DNA of 64,000 nucleotides from the human T2T-CHM13v2.0 reference genome, Homo sapiens: NCBI RefSeq assembly GCF_009914755.1, contig NC_060944.1; one strand, written 5' to 3'. Position numbers and translations under genes: made by a program. Positions 50,110-64,000 of this stretch are shown here, one piece after another. Each line of letters begins with the position of its first letter. Within the stretch, counting starts at the first letter, position 1. The notes under the pieces are model-generated. The model saw only the letters and a program-made list of their open reading frames with translations, was not told the DNA's origin and searched no databases.

Positions 50110-50649
50110 CAATTTGGTATGATTAGTTGTAAGGACAATTGAGAAGTTCTGGAGCCCTGGAAGCAGAGTTTCATTGCAGTACTCTGAAGTAGAGAAAATC
50201 GACTTGAGACGGTGACTGATACCTTCTGTGAGGTAATTAGCAAGCCAAGGCTGCTGGCTAGAGGGACTGTGGACCATTCAGGTTTTAGTTTAGGGACATG
50301 TGATCAAAATGAAACCAGTCAGTTTTTCATGAAATTCTTTGTAGCAATTGGCTTCCAAGCACAAGGCAAGACCCTCAAATGACAGCAAGAGTCATGGGTC
50401 TTGTTCACCAGGTTATCCATGGTGATTACAATAGTGGCTAGTATACAGCTGGCTACCAATAAGTATATTTTAAATGCATTGAAATATTTAATAGCAAATT
50501 TCTGTATTGGATTTTGGTAATCTTTTGACTGAGTTCATAAGCATTGGGCCTTGGAGTCCTGAGGGCAGAGAACAGGGAGAATGAAGGATTAAGAGAACGT
50601 AGTGTTTCTCTCCATTTTTCTCTCTTCGTATTCTTTCTTCTTTTTAAAA

Positions 50650-51425
50650 ATCAACCTTTTTGAGATATAATTTATTTAAAACAAACTGCACTCAATTTAG
50701 GCGTACTTACAGAACTTACAAGTTTTGATAAACACACACACGATATAGAACATTTCCGACATGCTCATCAGGTGCTCGTAGCCCTTCCCTGTCCATCTCT
50801 ACCTATCCCTGGCCACAGGCAAGCTTTCTGTCAACATAGAATATCTTGCCTATTCTGCAATTCCTACACATGGAATCAGGCAGCATACAGTCTATCGTGT
50901 CCGGCTTCTTTTACAAAGCTTAAAGTCGCGATTCATCCCTGATCTTGCATGCCCACTCATTTTTATTGTGGAATAGTATTCCAATATTTGGGCATACCAC
51001 AGTTTGTTTATCCATTCACCTGTTGATTGACATTTGCAGGCTACTAAGAAGAAAGTTCTTCACATCACTTTACAAGTCCCTGCAGACTTGAACGTTTTCA
51101 TTTCTTTTGGACAAATACTTAGGAGTGGAATTTCTAGGTTGTATGATAAGTAAATATCTTACTTTATAAGAAACTATTCTCCAAAGTGGTTTTACTATTT
51201 TATATTCCCTCCAGCAATGAACAAGAGTTCCAAGCTATTTCTCTCTCCGCCCCCCCACCTCCCGCGTGTGTCTCTCTCTCTCTCTCTTTCTCTCTCTCAC
51301 ACTCACTCACTCTCTCTCTCCCTCTCCTCTCTCTCCTTAATAAAAAAAAAAAAAAAGAGTTCCAGTTGCTCCACATCCTTTCAAGCATTTGGTATTACCA
51401 GTCTTTAAAATTTTATCCATTCTGG
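50650..51425 (-). mobile_element. Old L1M 3' end interrupted by a TSD-flanked insertion
   Basis: L1M 3'UTR antisense motifs (TTTATCCATTCACCTGTTGA, CCAGCAATG..AGAGTTCCAGTTGCTCCACATCC). Confidence 0.75.
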
Positions 51426-52227
51426 TCCTCCTCTTTCCCTTCTTCCCTCCCTCCCTCCCTTTCTTTCTTGAATTGAGAAATGTTTGTGGAAGGAGTGAAG
51501 ACAAACATTCCTGGACCTATGTTCCTAAATGAGCAAGTTTCTATTAATAAGACTCTCCCCCACCCGCCACACATCCTACACACTCAAGGAGAGGAGCGGG
51601 AGAGGGCACCCTCTTTCTTCCTCGGAAAATAAAACCTTTGCTTTCTTTAGGATGGGCTTTCTGTCTCGAAAGCACAACGTAACCGTTTGCCCGGGTTTCA
51701 AGATCAGCGCGCTGCAAACTCTCAGGCGCGGCCAGGTTTCCTCAAAGAGCCTCTCAACTGCGCTCTTCTCTGCTGATAAATGATAATTCTCTTCAAAAAG
51801 CTGGTTTGTGGCCGGCGCTGGAGAGCTCCAGCTAGAGCCAAAAGCCAGGGGTTGCCTCTTTGGTTCCTCCCGATGGGCCCCTTTTCCCAGCCAGTTGGGA
51901 TCCAAGACGCTCCGGAGCTCGAGCCCAAATTCCCAAGAAAACCCCAAAGAGCGTAAGGCTCCTGGGGACCCCTAGCACCTCTGCAACCAGGGCACGGGGC
52001 ATGCTCAGAGCGAATGCGGGAGGCAGGCGTTGGCTGCAATGGGGCTCGGGAGCCAGGAGGTGCCGCTGCGTCCCCGCTTCCTGGCGCCTGACCCAGCGTG
52101 CAAAGTTGGGCTGGGAGCCGCGGGGGGAAGGAAGGACCCAGCGAGCGAGGGTGGCGGGGAAGGGGGGCGGGGGGGAGGAGGAGGGAGGAGGGAAAAGAGC
52201 GGTTAGGGGGGGCGCCGGGCGTGTGTC

Positions 52228-53015
<788 letters not shown>

Positions 53016-56000
53016 TGAGAGTTCGGAAAGTAGGGAGTGTGAAGTTGGGACCAACTGGAAAGCGCCTGGTGTGAACAAATCGCGTCCCTCTCCGCCTGCG
53101 GACGCACCCCCTATTACCTCTTTTGCCCGATTTCAAGAAGGAAGGACCTGAAGTTCAAAACACTTTAGTGATTGCGAACCCTCTTGGCGCTTTTGTGGGA
53201 GCCAAGGCGGCGGAGGACACAACGGTCCAGCCAACAGGTGGTCGTTGATGCCAAACTTCAGCGCCTGGCTCCGGAGTGAGGGTCCCTGAAAAGGGCTGCG
53301 GGGACACATCTGGGGAGGGCGTGAACAGAATGGGGGCCCTTGAGGGGTCCTGGAGGGCTCATGGGCCTGCAGGCAAGTGGGGAGGGCTGACTTTTGAGAA
53401 CTGAGCTGATTGGAGTCTTCTGCCTGAAATAGACAGGTTGAGAGTTTGCCCCACGATTTACCTGCACCGTTTGCCAGGTAGGGCAGAGCCTAGCCCAGCG
53501 CCGGGGTCTCTAATGCTTTACGAGCGGCCCAGACCCCAGGACTTCAAATGACTTCCCCTTCCCCTCTACCCCAGTTGTCTTCAAAACACGTAAATTAGTT
53601 ATCCAGCTGAAAACATGCGAATCTTCGGATGGAGAACATTATGGTATCAGTTTTATGTCCTGGGTGTCATTCTAAAGGTTCGATAAGAAAAACCTACTGA
53701 AATAAACCCGAGTTGCCAGGCTCTAAGCAAATTTAAGTCCAAATGACTAATACATCTCTTAATCAGAAGGAATTATAGGAGAATGAGGCGTTCTTCTTGC
53801 CGAAAAGATTTTCCACCTAGTAAATTATAGCCTGTTATCCTCTAGGGTATTTTTCTTTAATCTTCTTAAGCCATTTTCCAGTGTCTGAAAACAATTTAAA
53901 TATTCCAGGTAGTGAATCCAATTACTTAGCTGAGTGCGTCTGTGTCTATATTTTGTCCAGCTGGAAGCGCAAACGGAACTTGGAGTATGAACCACAGCTT
54001 CCTTGAAAGCTCGTGCCAATTATTAAATGCTGTAGGCAAGGATGTAAACATACATCTTTTTACCATGGGCTTCACACTTTTCTTCTTTCTGTTCCAGTCT
54101 AATTGTACTGAATGTTTCTGTAAATGGAATAGAATCTAAACAATAAATTCAGACGCAGATTAAATGCTTTGTGTCAGGGAAAAAAAAGACAAAGAAAATG
54201 CAGTTCAGCAATAAACAAGACGGTCTTGCCCATTTTGAGATCCTTGAATAGAGAGGTGATGTGATGATGGATTTACTGAGAAAGAGAGTGAAGGGCAGAG
54301 GAAAGAGAAAGAGACTTTGCAGAATTTAGAAAAGGGAGTTTCAGCGTAAGCTCTGGATTTGTATACAGTGATGATTCTAAACTGTATTTTAAATAATTCT
54401 CTATAATTTCTTGTTTGGGAGAGAATAGCCAACATCACATTGAGAATGAAAGTATTCTATGAAAACACATTTTGGTATATCCAGGTAGATGACTTTCATT
54501 ATGTGCATTTCTGTAACACATATTTCTTGCTCACCTATTACTGCCAATCCTGGACTGGATTCTGGGGTGGTGAAAAAAGTAGACAAAATCCCTGCTGTTA
54601 CGGACCTTACATGCTAGGTGGAGGAGACAAAAATCATCAAAAACACCAATGAGAGAGAGATTGGGTGATGCATTGAGGGTAATAGAGAGGACGTTAGTGA
54701 AATACCAACCAAAGAAGAAGTTGAAAAGAGCTCCTTCTGAGCATTGCAGCAGTGAGTTTCCAAGGAAGCCCTCCTGAAAGAAAGGACATAGTCACTAAGG
54801 AGAAGACCAGAAGAATTTCAGGTCTTTTTTAAAAAAAAAAAAAAAACCTAGACTGCACTCAGGAGTCAAGTTATCTGGAATATAATGAGCTATCTTGCAG
54901 GCTCTTTGGTTCTCTGGGTCTTCATGCTGATCAGTGGACTACAAGGGACCCAGCCTTTCTTAAGGTTGCCTTTCTCTTCCCCAGGCATCCCTTTTCTACT
55001 CTTCTCAGCTCGTATTTGCCCTTCCAGAATCAAGCCAGTTCAAGTTATCTGGCTATTTATATTGTACCTTAGTGAGACAGTGTGTTGAAGACAAAAAAGA
55101 ACCAGATCTTGAATCAAAGGCCTGAGTTTACCTCCTAGTTCTTTCACCAGTAAGCTGCATGACTTTAGGCAAATCACTTAGCTTCTCTGTATTTTTGCTG
55201 CTTCTTGTGTAAAAGCGTGGTAATGTTACAGGACATTCAAAAATGATGAATTTGGGGCTGTTTAGGATGTGTAGAAATTATCTCTTGTTCCTGAAGTGAT
55301 TAAAGCAGTATAATCACTGGTCTTGTTGTCTTGACCACCATATGGAATGGAAGATGTCACCCAGAGGTTGCAGTGCCATGCATAATTTGCTGGCCACCTA
55401 CCAAGTCACAGTGAGGCTGTGGATGCTCTAAGGGTGGTAGTCGAAAGCTTTAACATAGGCACTAAACAATCACAACAGACAGCAGGGGGGTAATAGATCC
55501 TGGAGATACCCTGTTGTACCAGGGCCAGGCGTTAATATTTTTGCTGCTTGGTCATGGGGAGGTCTGGGAGTCCCCAGGGTCTGTGGATGGGTGGGTAGGT
55601 AGCTGGAGTTTTTTTGACTATTTCAGTATTTTAAAACTCATGGTGTATATTGTCTGAACATCAAGGCTATACCTGTCCTTCTGAACTTGGCATGAAGATA
55701 AAGGACTGACCTAATGATATTTAAAAAATTCAACCTCATGTCTTTGCTTTTGTTTTGCATTTGTCTGTTAGCAGGCTCTGGTGGTAGGAGGTGGGTGTAA
55801 AGGACTATGGGTATTTGTGGGAGAATTCTGGTGAGGTAGACAGTGGAAGGAGAGTTACTTTCTTGATCTAAGCTAGGGAGCTTGGGAGATTGTGAGAGAA
55901 GCTCCTCTCTCTTCTGGATCTTGGCCTTGGTCTATATTGGGCAGGACATGGAGAGAAAGAGCAAGGACTGTAAACTGTACAATAGGACCCCCAGCCACTG

Positions 56001-56306
56001 ATTTGGCCCTGTTTTCCATGCCTAAGCACTCTGTCTCACTGTCGCACAACCTCTGAGGGATGGAAGGGTTTTCATTTATTTATTCCTTCTGTTTCTTCAT
56101 TCTTACCTTTCAAATTCAGATCTTACTGTGGGCAGGTTGCTTAACGCATCCCAACTTCAGTTTCCTCAACGGTAACATGCAAATTGTAATATTTCCTAAC
56201 TCAGAACAGCTGTTGAGGTTAAATAAATGAATGCATATGCATTGCTTTGTATAAAGCCTGACATACAGGCAACCTTCAATAAAACATGTTTTTAAAAGTT
56301 ATTGTC

Positions 56307-56614
<308 letters not shown>

Positions 56615-59044
56615 TCAAAAATAAGATGGACGTGAATTTTATCAAGGTGATTAGCAGGTGTTCTATGGCTCTTTTATTCTACTAGTGGAAAAATTCAGAC
56701 CTTACTTCCATTCCCTTTAATGTGTGTTTTGATTTTATACTTTATAATTTGGAGAAAAATCAGGTTTCTCACCTTCTTTTAAAAATCCAGGTGTTTCACG
56801 GAAAATAAGTACGTAATTTAGAGCAGGATCCATTCTCTACAGCAAGTCAGTTTACAAATAATCCAAAAGTTTATTTTTACTTAAATTCCATATAAAATAT
56901 ATTTATGTATATATGTGTATATAATTTAACATTGCACGTTCTGTCTTACAAGCATATTCTAACATGGAAAAATAATTGCTAGACTAAGTTGTCTGAGAAG
57001 TCTGATGAAACTCAGAAGTTTGGATTTGCGTTAATGCCATCTGGATTTGAATCAAGTAACTCCCTCCTTTACCACACCTCCAACCCCCACAGCTAAAACA
57101 GGTAATTTAAGAAATACTAGTATATTGCACACTTCCCAGCATCCTACACAAAAGCTTAGAACTTTTGCATTATGTGGAATCTGCTGTTCCAGTTTCCAAA
57201 ATGATGACAAGTAAATGATGACAAGATGACACTCACAAGATTAATGAGAGAGCAGAGGGGAAAAGGGTTTGCGAGGTGGGAATTTAGTAGCGTTCACTTT
57301 GGAAAGGTTATGGGAAACAGGGAGGAAACTTCTCTGAGTTGGTAGCTGGCTGATGTGGATGGAGCAACTACAAAGTGCAAGGTGGATTTTAGAATGGAAG
57401 GCTAGCAGATGCCCTCTAAGGAGCCACTTAAATTTGCCCAGTTATGTCCATTTTTCTTGTCCAAAGAGCTTTGAGAATTTCTCATTGGCAGTCAATAATT
57501 ACTGTAATCTAAGTGTAAGAGCATAACTCTTTTGCAAGCAAATCAATAAAACTACTTGAAACTTTTTAAAAAATCAGTGTAACATGCGTACAACAAAACA
57601 CACAAATCCTGTGTCCAGCTGGATCCATTTTCACAAAGTGAACATTGCCATGTCATCAGTACCAGATCAAGAAACAGCATCACTTGCCCCAGAATTCCTG
57701 AGTGCTCTCTTCCAGTCCCTACGTCCCCTTCTAAGGGTAACCCTTATCTTGACTTCTAACTTTATAGTTTGGTTTTGCTTGTTTTTAATCTAATAAGCTA
57801 TTTTTACTTTGAATGAAAACTTTAAAAAAAACCTCTTCAGCCTAAAGCATTTTTATTATTGCTGAACTGATCCTCTTGAACAACAGCAACAAAAGTGACT
57901 TACAGTCAGTTTAGATGGCCATTGATTGGGTTCTTGTCTGTCCCAAGTCTGGGAAGTACAGCAGGTATAGTAAATGCCCTGAAGGAGCAAACAGTTCAAC
58001 AAAACCCTAGTAATTTACAGAGGAAATGTAATGCCTTCAGGCTGTTATTGGCATGGCAAAGCTGACTAGTACAGTACTGTTGCTGGAATATAATTTTCTC
58101 TCATAGGTTTTCTCTCTTATCTTGCTTAACACTAATATTTCCCCACCTATGGTGAATGAGGATAATTTGCAGTGGCTATTAGTTTCATTTGAAAGTTTAG
58201 CCTATCAGTAAATAGCTTCAAGTTATATTTATCTGCAATGGTATATAAATGGAATGGGAACATTTTACTTTTTTATGTGGGATTTGGTAAACTGTAAATG
58301 TTTCCTTATCAGAATTGTTTCATGTTATCATGAACAAGAATCGCCAGCAGAAAATGGAAGGGGATTGCTGGTGAATTGTTGACTAACGCTATGGGTCTCC
58401 ACTTAAATAACAAACCCCTGGTAACTGAAATCATTGGTCTTCTTGTTACTGGAGCTAATAATTAGGTTCATGCAACCTTTCAGATCATATCATAAATTCC
58501 AAATGCTCAGGCATATTTCACAGTCTTTTCCATCTAATCTTTTCCCTTTCTGTTCTATGTCTGATCCCCCTAAGCAGAGCCTTGTGCCCCTATGTGTAAG
58601 TAGGCAAAGGAAATATAGACATATTTCTGAGGTCATTTACATATATGACCATAAAAAAGCCATTGATTTTTGTAACTAACTAACTGAAATAGGATATAAA
58701 GGAACTAACTAATTGGAATAGATTATAAAGGATGCTTATGTTCTTTAAGAGTCTCTCTGGTTTTCCTCTGATCTCTTTAAGAGCTAATGTTCGATTTTAT
58801 TATCATTACCATGTGTTAATTCTCAAAATTTTTATTTCAATTTGTATTCCAAAAATGGTTTGCATGTACCTATTAATTGAGGTTGACTAAATCTATGCAT
58901 TTATCAAGAAACTAAATTATTATAAATTGAGTAACAAACTATTATATAAAATTGGAAAAAAGTTATTTTTATTTATACTAAAATTATTTTATTTATATTA
59001 AAACAGAAATAAAAGCATCCTACATCTGTCTTTTATTTCAAGGG

Positions 59045-59362
59045 TTTTTTTTTTTTTTTTTTTTTTTTTTTGAGACAGAGTCTTGCTCTGTCACCCAGGC
59101 TAGAGTGCAGTGGCACCATCTCGGCTCACTGCCAACCTCTGCAGCCGGGTTCAAGCTATTCTCGTGCCTCAGCCTCCGGAGTATCTGGGATTACAGGCAC
59201 ATGCCACCATGCCCAGCTAATTTATTTTTATTTTTATTTTTAGTAGAGACGGGGGTTTTGCCATGTTGGCCAGGCTGGTCTGGAACTCCTGACCTCGGGT
59301 AATCTGCCCACCTCGGCCTCCCAAAGTGCTAGGATTACAGGTGTGAGCCACCGCACCCGGCC
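59045..59362 (-). mobile_element. Alu (AluSx/Sz-like)
   Basis: Long poly(T), dimeric Alu, TSD TTCAAGGG. Confidence 0.95.
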
Positions 59363-59724
59363 TTCAAGGGCTTTTTTTGTTTACAATATTTGGTTAATGT
59401 TCTGTTTCTTTTTACTGAATTGACGTTTAATGTACAAGATCACAGAAAGTGGATTAGTTAGTAAAGAAAACATTTACCTGAAGTAGTCACATGGATATCA
59501 ATATATAGCATTGATATCTAGAAGATTAAGATATTATTTTGCCATTAAAAAAAACATTTTTTTTGGAAGTTGTCTATGAAATAGTTAAGAGTAAGGGAAA
59601 TTTAATTTAATTTTAATCCATTTTATAGAAGAAGCCATACAAGCTCATGAAGCTGGAAAACCATAGAGCGAATCAGCAATTGATCTGGTCAAAAAATGTT
59701 AAAGATGCCAATCATGATCCTCCC

Positions 59725-60326
59725 CAGGTGTGCTGTGTTGGATATGGTTGAATCTCACATAGCATCGATTCCTACATCCTCTTAGTAGGACTTCTTATAA
59801 TACAAAATCTGGACTTCTAAAGCTACATTTACCAGACTCCTTTTTGACGAACATTCTTCTTGAAAATTAATATTTCCACCAAATAAATTCATGCATATGA
59901 GATATGGAGGGCAGAAACATTAAAGGGGCCAATTTCCTGCATCCTTTGGGTTGTTTCTACAGATACGTGAGAAGCTAAAAGAGGTGGGACTTTCTGTAAT
60001 AGTTCTTCAGTGTCTCTGAGAGGCAGTGGTGACAGTGGCCACTCCCTGTTGGCAGCTTACACTTCTTTGGCTTCAACAAAGCTGGTGTTTTGTTTGGACC
60101 CCGGGAGTTCCTTCTTGATTTCTCACCTTTCTGAATGTGGTAGATACAATAGCTCTCCCCAAGGGTCTGTGCTGCTATGTTCTGAGATCATTCATGGAGA
60201 GCCAACCTAAAGCCTGCTCCTCCAACCCTTCCAGTTTTTCTGTCAAGTGCTTACTTTATATTAAGTCCCTTTATCTTCAAAATTCAAGAGAAATTTCTGT
60301 TTCTCGCACCAAATCCTGGCTGATAT
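59725..60326 (+). mobile_element. Old ERVL LTR (LTR33-like)
   Basis: TGTG start and AAATCCTGGCTGATA end typical of this group. Confidence 0.5.
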
Positions 60327-60664
60327 GGCCTTTTGCGGTTCTAGGATTTCACAGCTTTCAGTCCTAAATATAATAATCATCTAAGTATCCTACATAGTTT
60401 TCTCCTTCAGTACTACCGTTGAGTAAAATGAAGTTTTGCTGTAATATTTCCTCTGGAATTCAAAATCCAGACTAAGTCCTAATAGCAGGCATTCATGCTT
60501 ATATAGCAGCCCTGCTTACCCCTGTTCAGTCATTAAGACCACCTCGGGTGGTAGGAAAAAGAGCAAGCGTTTGTCTTTTGCATTTCACGTAGAAGCAAAT
60601 CGAGGCTAGTGATTGTGATTTGTCGAAGGGCACATAACTAAGTAGATCTGGAATAGGAATTTAA

Positions 60665-61062
<398 letters not shown>

Positions 61063-61308
61063 AACAAAAAGCTTTTAATAGAGTCTAAATGAATACAAGT
61101 TTAAAGAGATTCATAGACTTTTCCAAAGAATCTCTGTTATTTTTAGGATTCATACATATGAAGCTTAGATCCCTGCAAACTCAGTTTTTGAGCTATTGTC
61201 TTCAAAATAGCTCTTTTTCATGGTGTATGTACAGTCCGTTTTTGTCTACACTGTGCAAGATGTGTGAGCATTGGAAAACCTCATTGCTGCTTTGAGACAA
61301 AAAGGGCA

Positions 61309-61606
61309 GGCCAGCCGCAGTGGCTCACGCCTGTAATCCCAGCATATTGGGAAGCCAAGGCAGGTGGATCACTTGAGGTCAAGAGTTCAAGACCAGCCTG
61401 GCCAATATGATGAAACCCCGTCTCTATTAGAATACAAAAATTAGCTGGGTGTGGTGGCGCACACCTGTAATCCCGACCACTAGAGAGGCTGAGGCAGAAG
61501 AATCACTTAAACCCAGGAGGCAGGCAGAGGTTTCAGTGAGCCAAGATCGCGCCACTGCATTCCAGCCTGGGCGACAGAGCGATACTCCGAAAAAAAAAAA
61601 AAAAAA
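61309..61606 (+). mobile_element. Alu (AluS-like)
   Basis: Dimeric Alu with poly(A) tail. Confidence 0.93.
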
Positions 61607-62719
61607 GGAGGGGGCAATGTATGCTCTATAGTCTTTAAAGATATTCTACATCAGTCAGTCAGCGTGGAAACATGCATGTGGAAAGACAGGTATTCAGGTA
61701 TGGTGTTAAAGGTCTTTTTTTCATTGTCGAGTAAGTGACATTTCTGCATTCAGCAAGACTCTTTATATCTGTTACTCCACCTTTTCTTCTTCTCGACATA
61801 CGTGTAAATGTTGTCTTTTGCTGATTCCTATTTAGGCTTGTCTCATGGCCTCTCATAGAAATCATGGACCATGGAAGAAGAAGAATATGGTAGACATGAA
61901 GGAAATGTAGAGGGTGAGTTGCCTGCTCTCAAGCACGATGCAGAATGCAAGACAGTGTCAACTGAGAGGCCAGATCTATATTACTTGTGCAGGGAGGTAG
62001 ATAGGCCTTGTTTATATTACAACTAGAGCAGGACTTCTGGAGGGCTATAGCTTTATAATTATCATTATTATTTTTTTCCCTAGGGGAGAGCATAGGCCTG
62101 GCACTGGGAGGTGCTGATGCTCAGGGGATATTTGTGGAATGAAGGAACTGTCTGGTGTTTGTCTGGCTCACAGTGGGTTCACACAGGGGAGTGTGCAGCC
62201 TTGAGGCAGACCTGGAGGGCAGTCATGCTCCTATGAGACCTTCGTGACCTTTGAGGTGTTGTGTTACATTGGTTGGAACACCTTGCTCCTTGTCCTTCCA
62301 TTCCATCTGAAATCTCCTAGGGTCCTAAGGGACTCTGTGGCCTTCTTAAATGGGATTTCTCCATGTGTGTTTGAAAAGGAAACTATTTATTGGCAATGCA
62401 GAGCTCACTGCTGTTACAGTGCTGATTTCATTTAAGGTCCAAATATGTCTTAAGATTGAGTGTATACTACACTGCAATTCAATATTGGTTGAAGGTGATG
62501 ATGCTTAATGTATTTATTTCTCATATTCTAAATTTTACCATTAGTTCCTATTTTCTGAAAAATATGCTCACCCATACACCCAAATATTGCAATGAAAAGC
62601 CCTTAAAGAAATTCAGAGGCGTTGGGAGTGACAGAACAAAAGATGCATGGTTGTGAAAACATCCTATCACGATAATGATTCACAAAGAGAAAAAAGAATA
62701 CTTGTGCTTTATTGCTAAA

Positions 62720-63815
62720 GTGAGAAAAGTAACAAGACATAGTTCTAAATCTGATTTATAATGAACTTCCACCTACACTATTCTTTGTGTACAGAGGCAA
62801 TGGAAGTCCCTGGAACAATGCTTTTAATTTCCTCCTTTCTCCACTCCTCGTTTAATGTACTTGGGCCACCTCCATTATTCCAGCTGCCCTCCTGCCCCTG
62901 AGAAATACCTCACCTTCTGCATTTATATTTTGGAGCTCGACCTTCCTGGCATCTCTGAATCCTGACTTCATTATTATCTGACACCACTCCCCTTTCTTTT
63001 AACAGTGTCTATATGAGTTTCCCCTCAGTTGAAGCTTTCCTAAGAACATAGCAATATGCCTTTACTAGTAAAAATCCCAACCTCAAAACCAACACAATGT
63101 TCCCCAGTCCCTTTTCCTCCTTTAGTTACCGTCTTCTTCTTCATCTCCTTCCCTCTACTATGCAAGTGTAACTTATAGTCACTGTCTCCCTGTCCTTACC
63201 TCCTACCTACTTCTTCTCAGCCTTCCAAAGTCTTTTTCTGCCCTCACCACTACTTTGAAATTTCTTTATCATGGCTGTGGGCAACATGGCTCCCAGCAAC
63301 CCCAACTGATGTTTTTCAGAATCTTCCTTGTTTTTATTTGCTGCAGTACCTTCCACCCCTTCATCCATTCATTCACCAGTCATACTTTAAAAATGTACTG
63401 ATGTCTCTTTTAAGCATTGTGCTAGTGTTGTGGATTGATGATGATTAATGATTTCATGCCTGCCCTTATTGCGGAGACAGATGCTAAGCAAATAGAGGTA
63501 CAATTATTTTCATTATAACTGCTATGAAGGAAAAAAAGTACAAGTGAGTATAGGAAGCATGGAAGGTTTCCCTGGAAAATTCTATTTATGACAAGTGGGA
63601 TTTAGGCCAGCATGAGTAGAAGAATGTGTCAGGTGGAGGGAACAGCAGGTGTGGGTATTCCAAAGAGCCAAAGAACACAAGATTTTGAAGGAGAGAAGCA
63701 GAATTAGCACAGGAGAGTGTGGCTCAGATAATGTGGTTGGATGGCAAGGGCCTGCATATATACTGCGTAGGTCCTTGCAGGATTTTAGACGTATAAAGTC
63801 AACCAGAAACCATTA
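62720..63815. mobile_element. L2 fragments (two orientations)
   Basis: CT-rich L2 body, then a TCATCCATTCATTCA antisense L2 tail at ~63360. Confidence 0.6.
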
Positions 63816-63819
63816 AAAC

Positions 63820-64000
63820 CATGTTTTCAACCCTGGCACCATTGACATTTGGTCCCAGTAGTTTTTTGTTGTGGAGTCTGGCCTGTGTATTATACGATAT
63901 TTAGCAGTATCCCTCGCTCTAGATACTGGGTGTCAGTTGCAAAGCCTCCCAGTAGTGACAACCAAAATTGTCTCCAGACATAGCCAAAAGTCCCCTGGGG
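63820..64000 (-). mobile_element. MER20 hAT MITE (runs off window end)
   Basis: GTGACAACCAAAATTGTCTCCAGACATAGCCAAAAGTCCCCTGGGG. Confidence 0.8.

Noticed and set aside
53257-53280. REST/RE1-like site (TTCAGCGCC)
   Set aside because: Only a left half-site; the GGACAG right half is absent.
54866-55052. 13-bp direct repeat TCAAGTTATCTGG about 175 bp apart as a possible TSD
   Set aside because: No poly(A) or element between the copies; a match of this length is plausible by chance in 64 kb.
58675-58732. Diverged 29-bp tandem duplication (and similar small duplications near 23611, 39929, 43666, 58963)
   Set aside because: Ordinary slippage products with no sign of function.

Overview
Primate (almost certainly human) genomic DNA containing the 5' end of PLCB1 (phospholipase C beta 1; human 20p12.3 from recall). 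About 52 kb of repeat-rich upstream sequence is followed by a CpG-island promoter, coding exon 1 (52614-52712, [33 protein letters not shown], donor GAT|GTAAGT) and the first ~11 kb of the intron. Most of the rest is transposon-derived: one full-length but inactivated young L1 (L1PA2/L1PA3-like, minus strand, 28833-34872), older L1s, seven Alus, MaLR/ERVL LTRs, L2, MIR and hAT remnants. Nearly all ORF-track entries outside PLCB1 exon 1 and the L1 are spurious. I found no clearly new gene family. Best candidates for unexplored biology: (1) the L1 antisense promoter with an intact, extended ORF0 and a near-consensus splice donor pointing at PLCB1; (2) four upstream AUGs in the inferred PLCB1 leader, including an overlapping uORF; (3) a cluster of three inverted repeats at 15.9-16.9 kb that looks like a template-switch scar and includes a 30-bp hairpin; (4) an orphan TSD-flanked CT-rich poly(A) insertion ~0.9 kb upstream of the promoter; (5) a near-perfect 4 x 46-bp minisatellite. 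Old-repeat subfamily names and boundaries are by eye and approximate.
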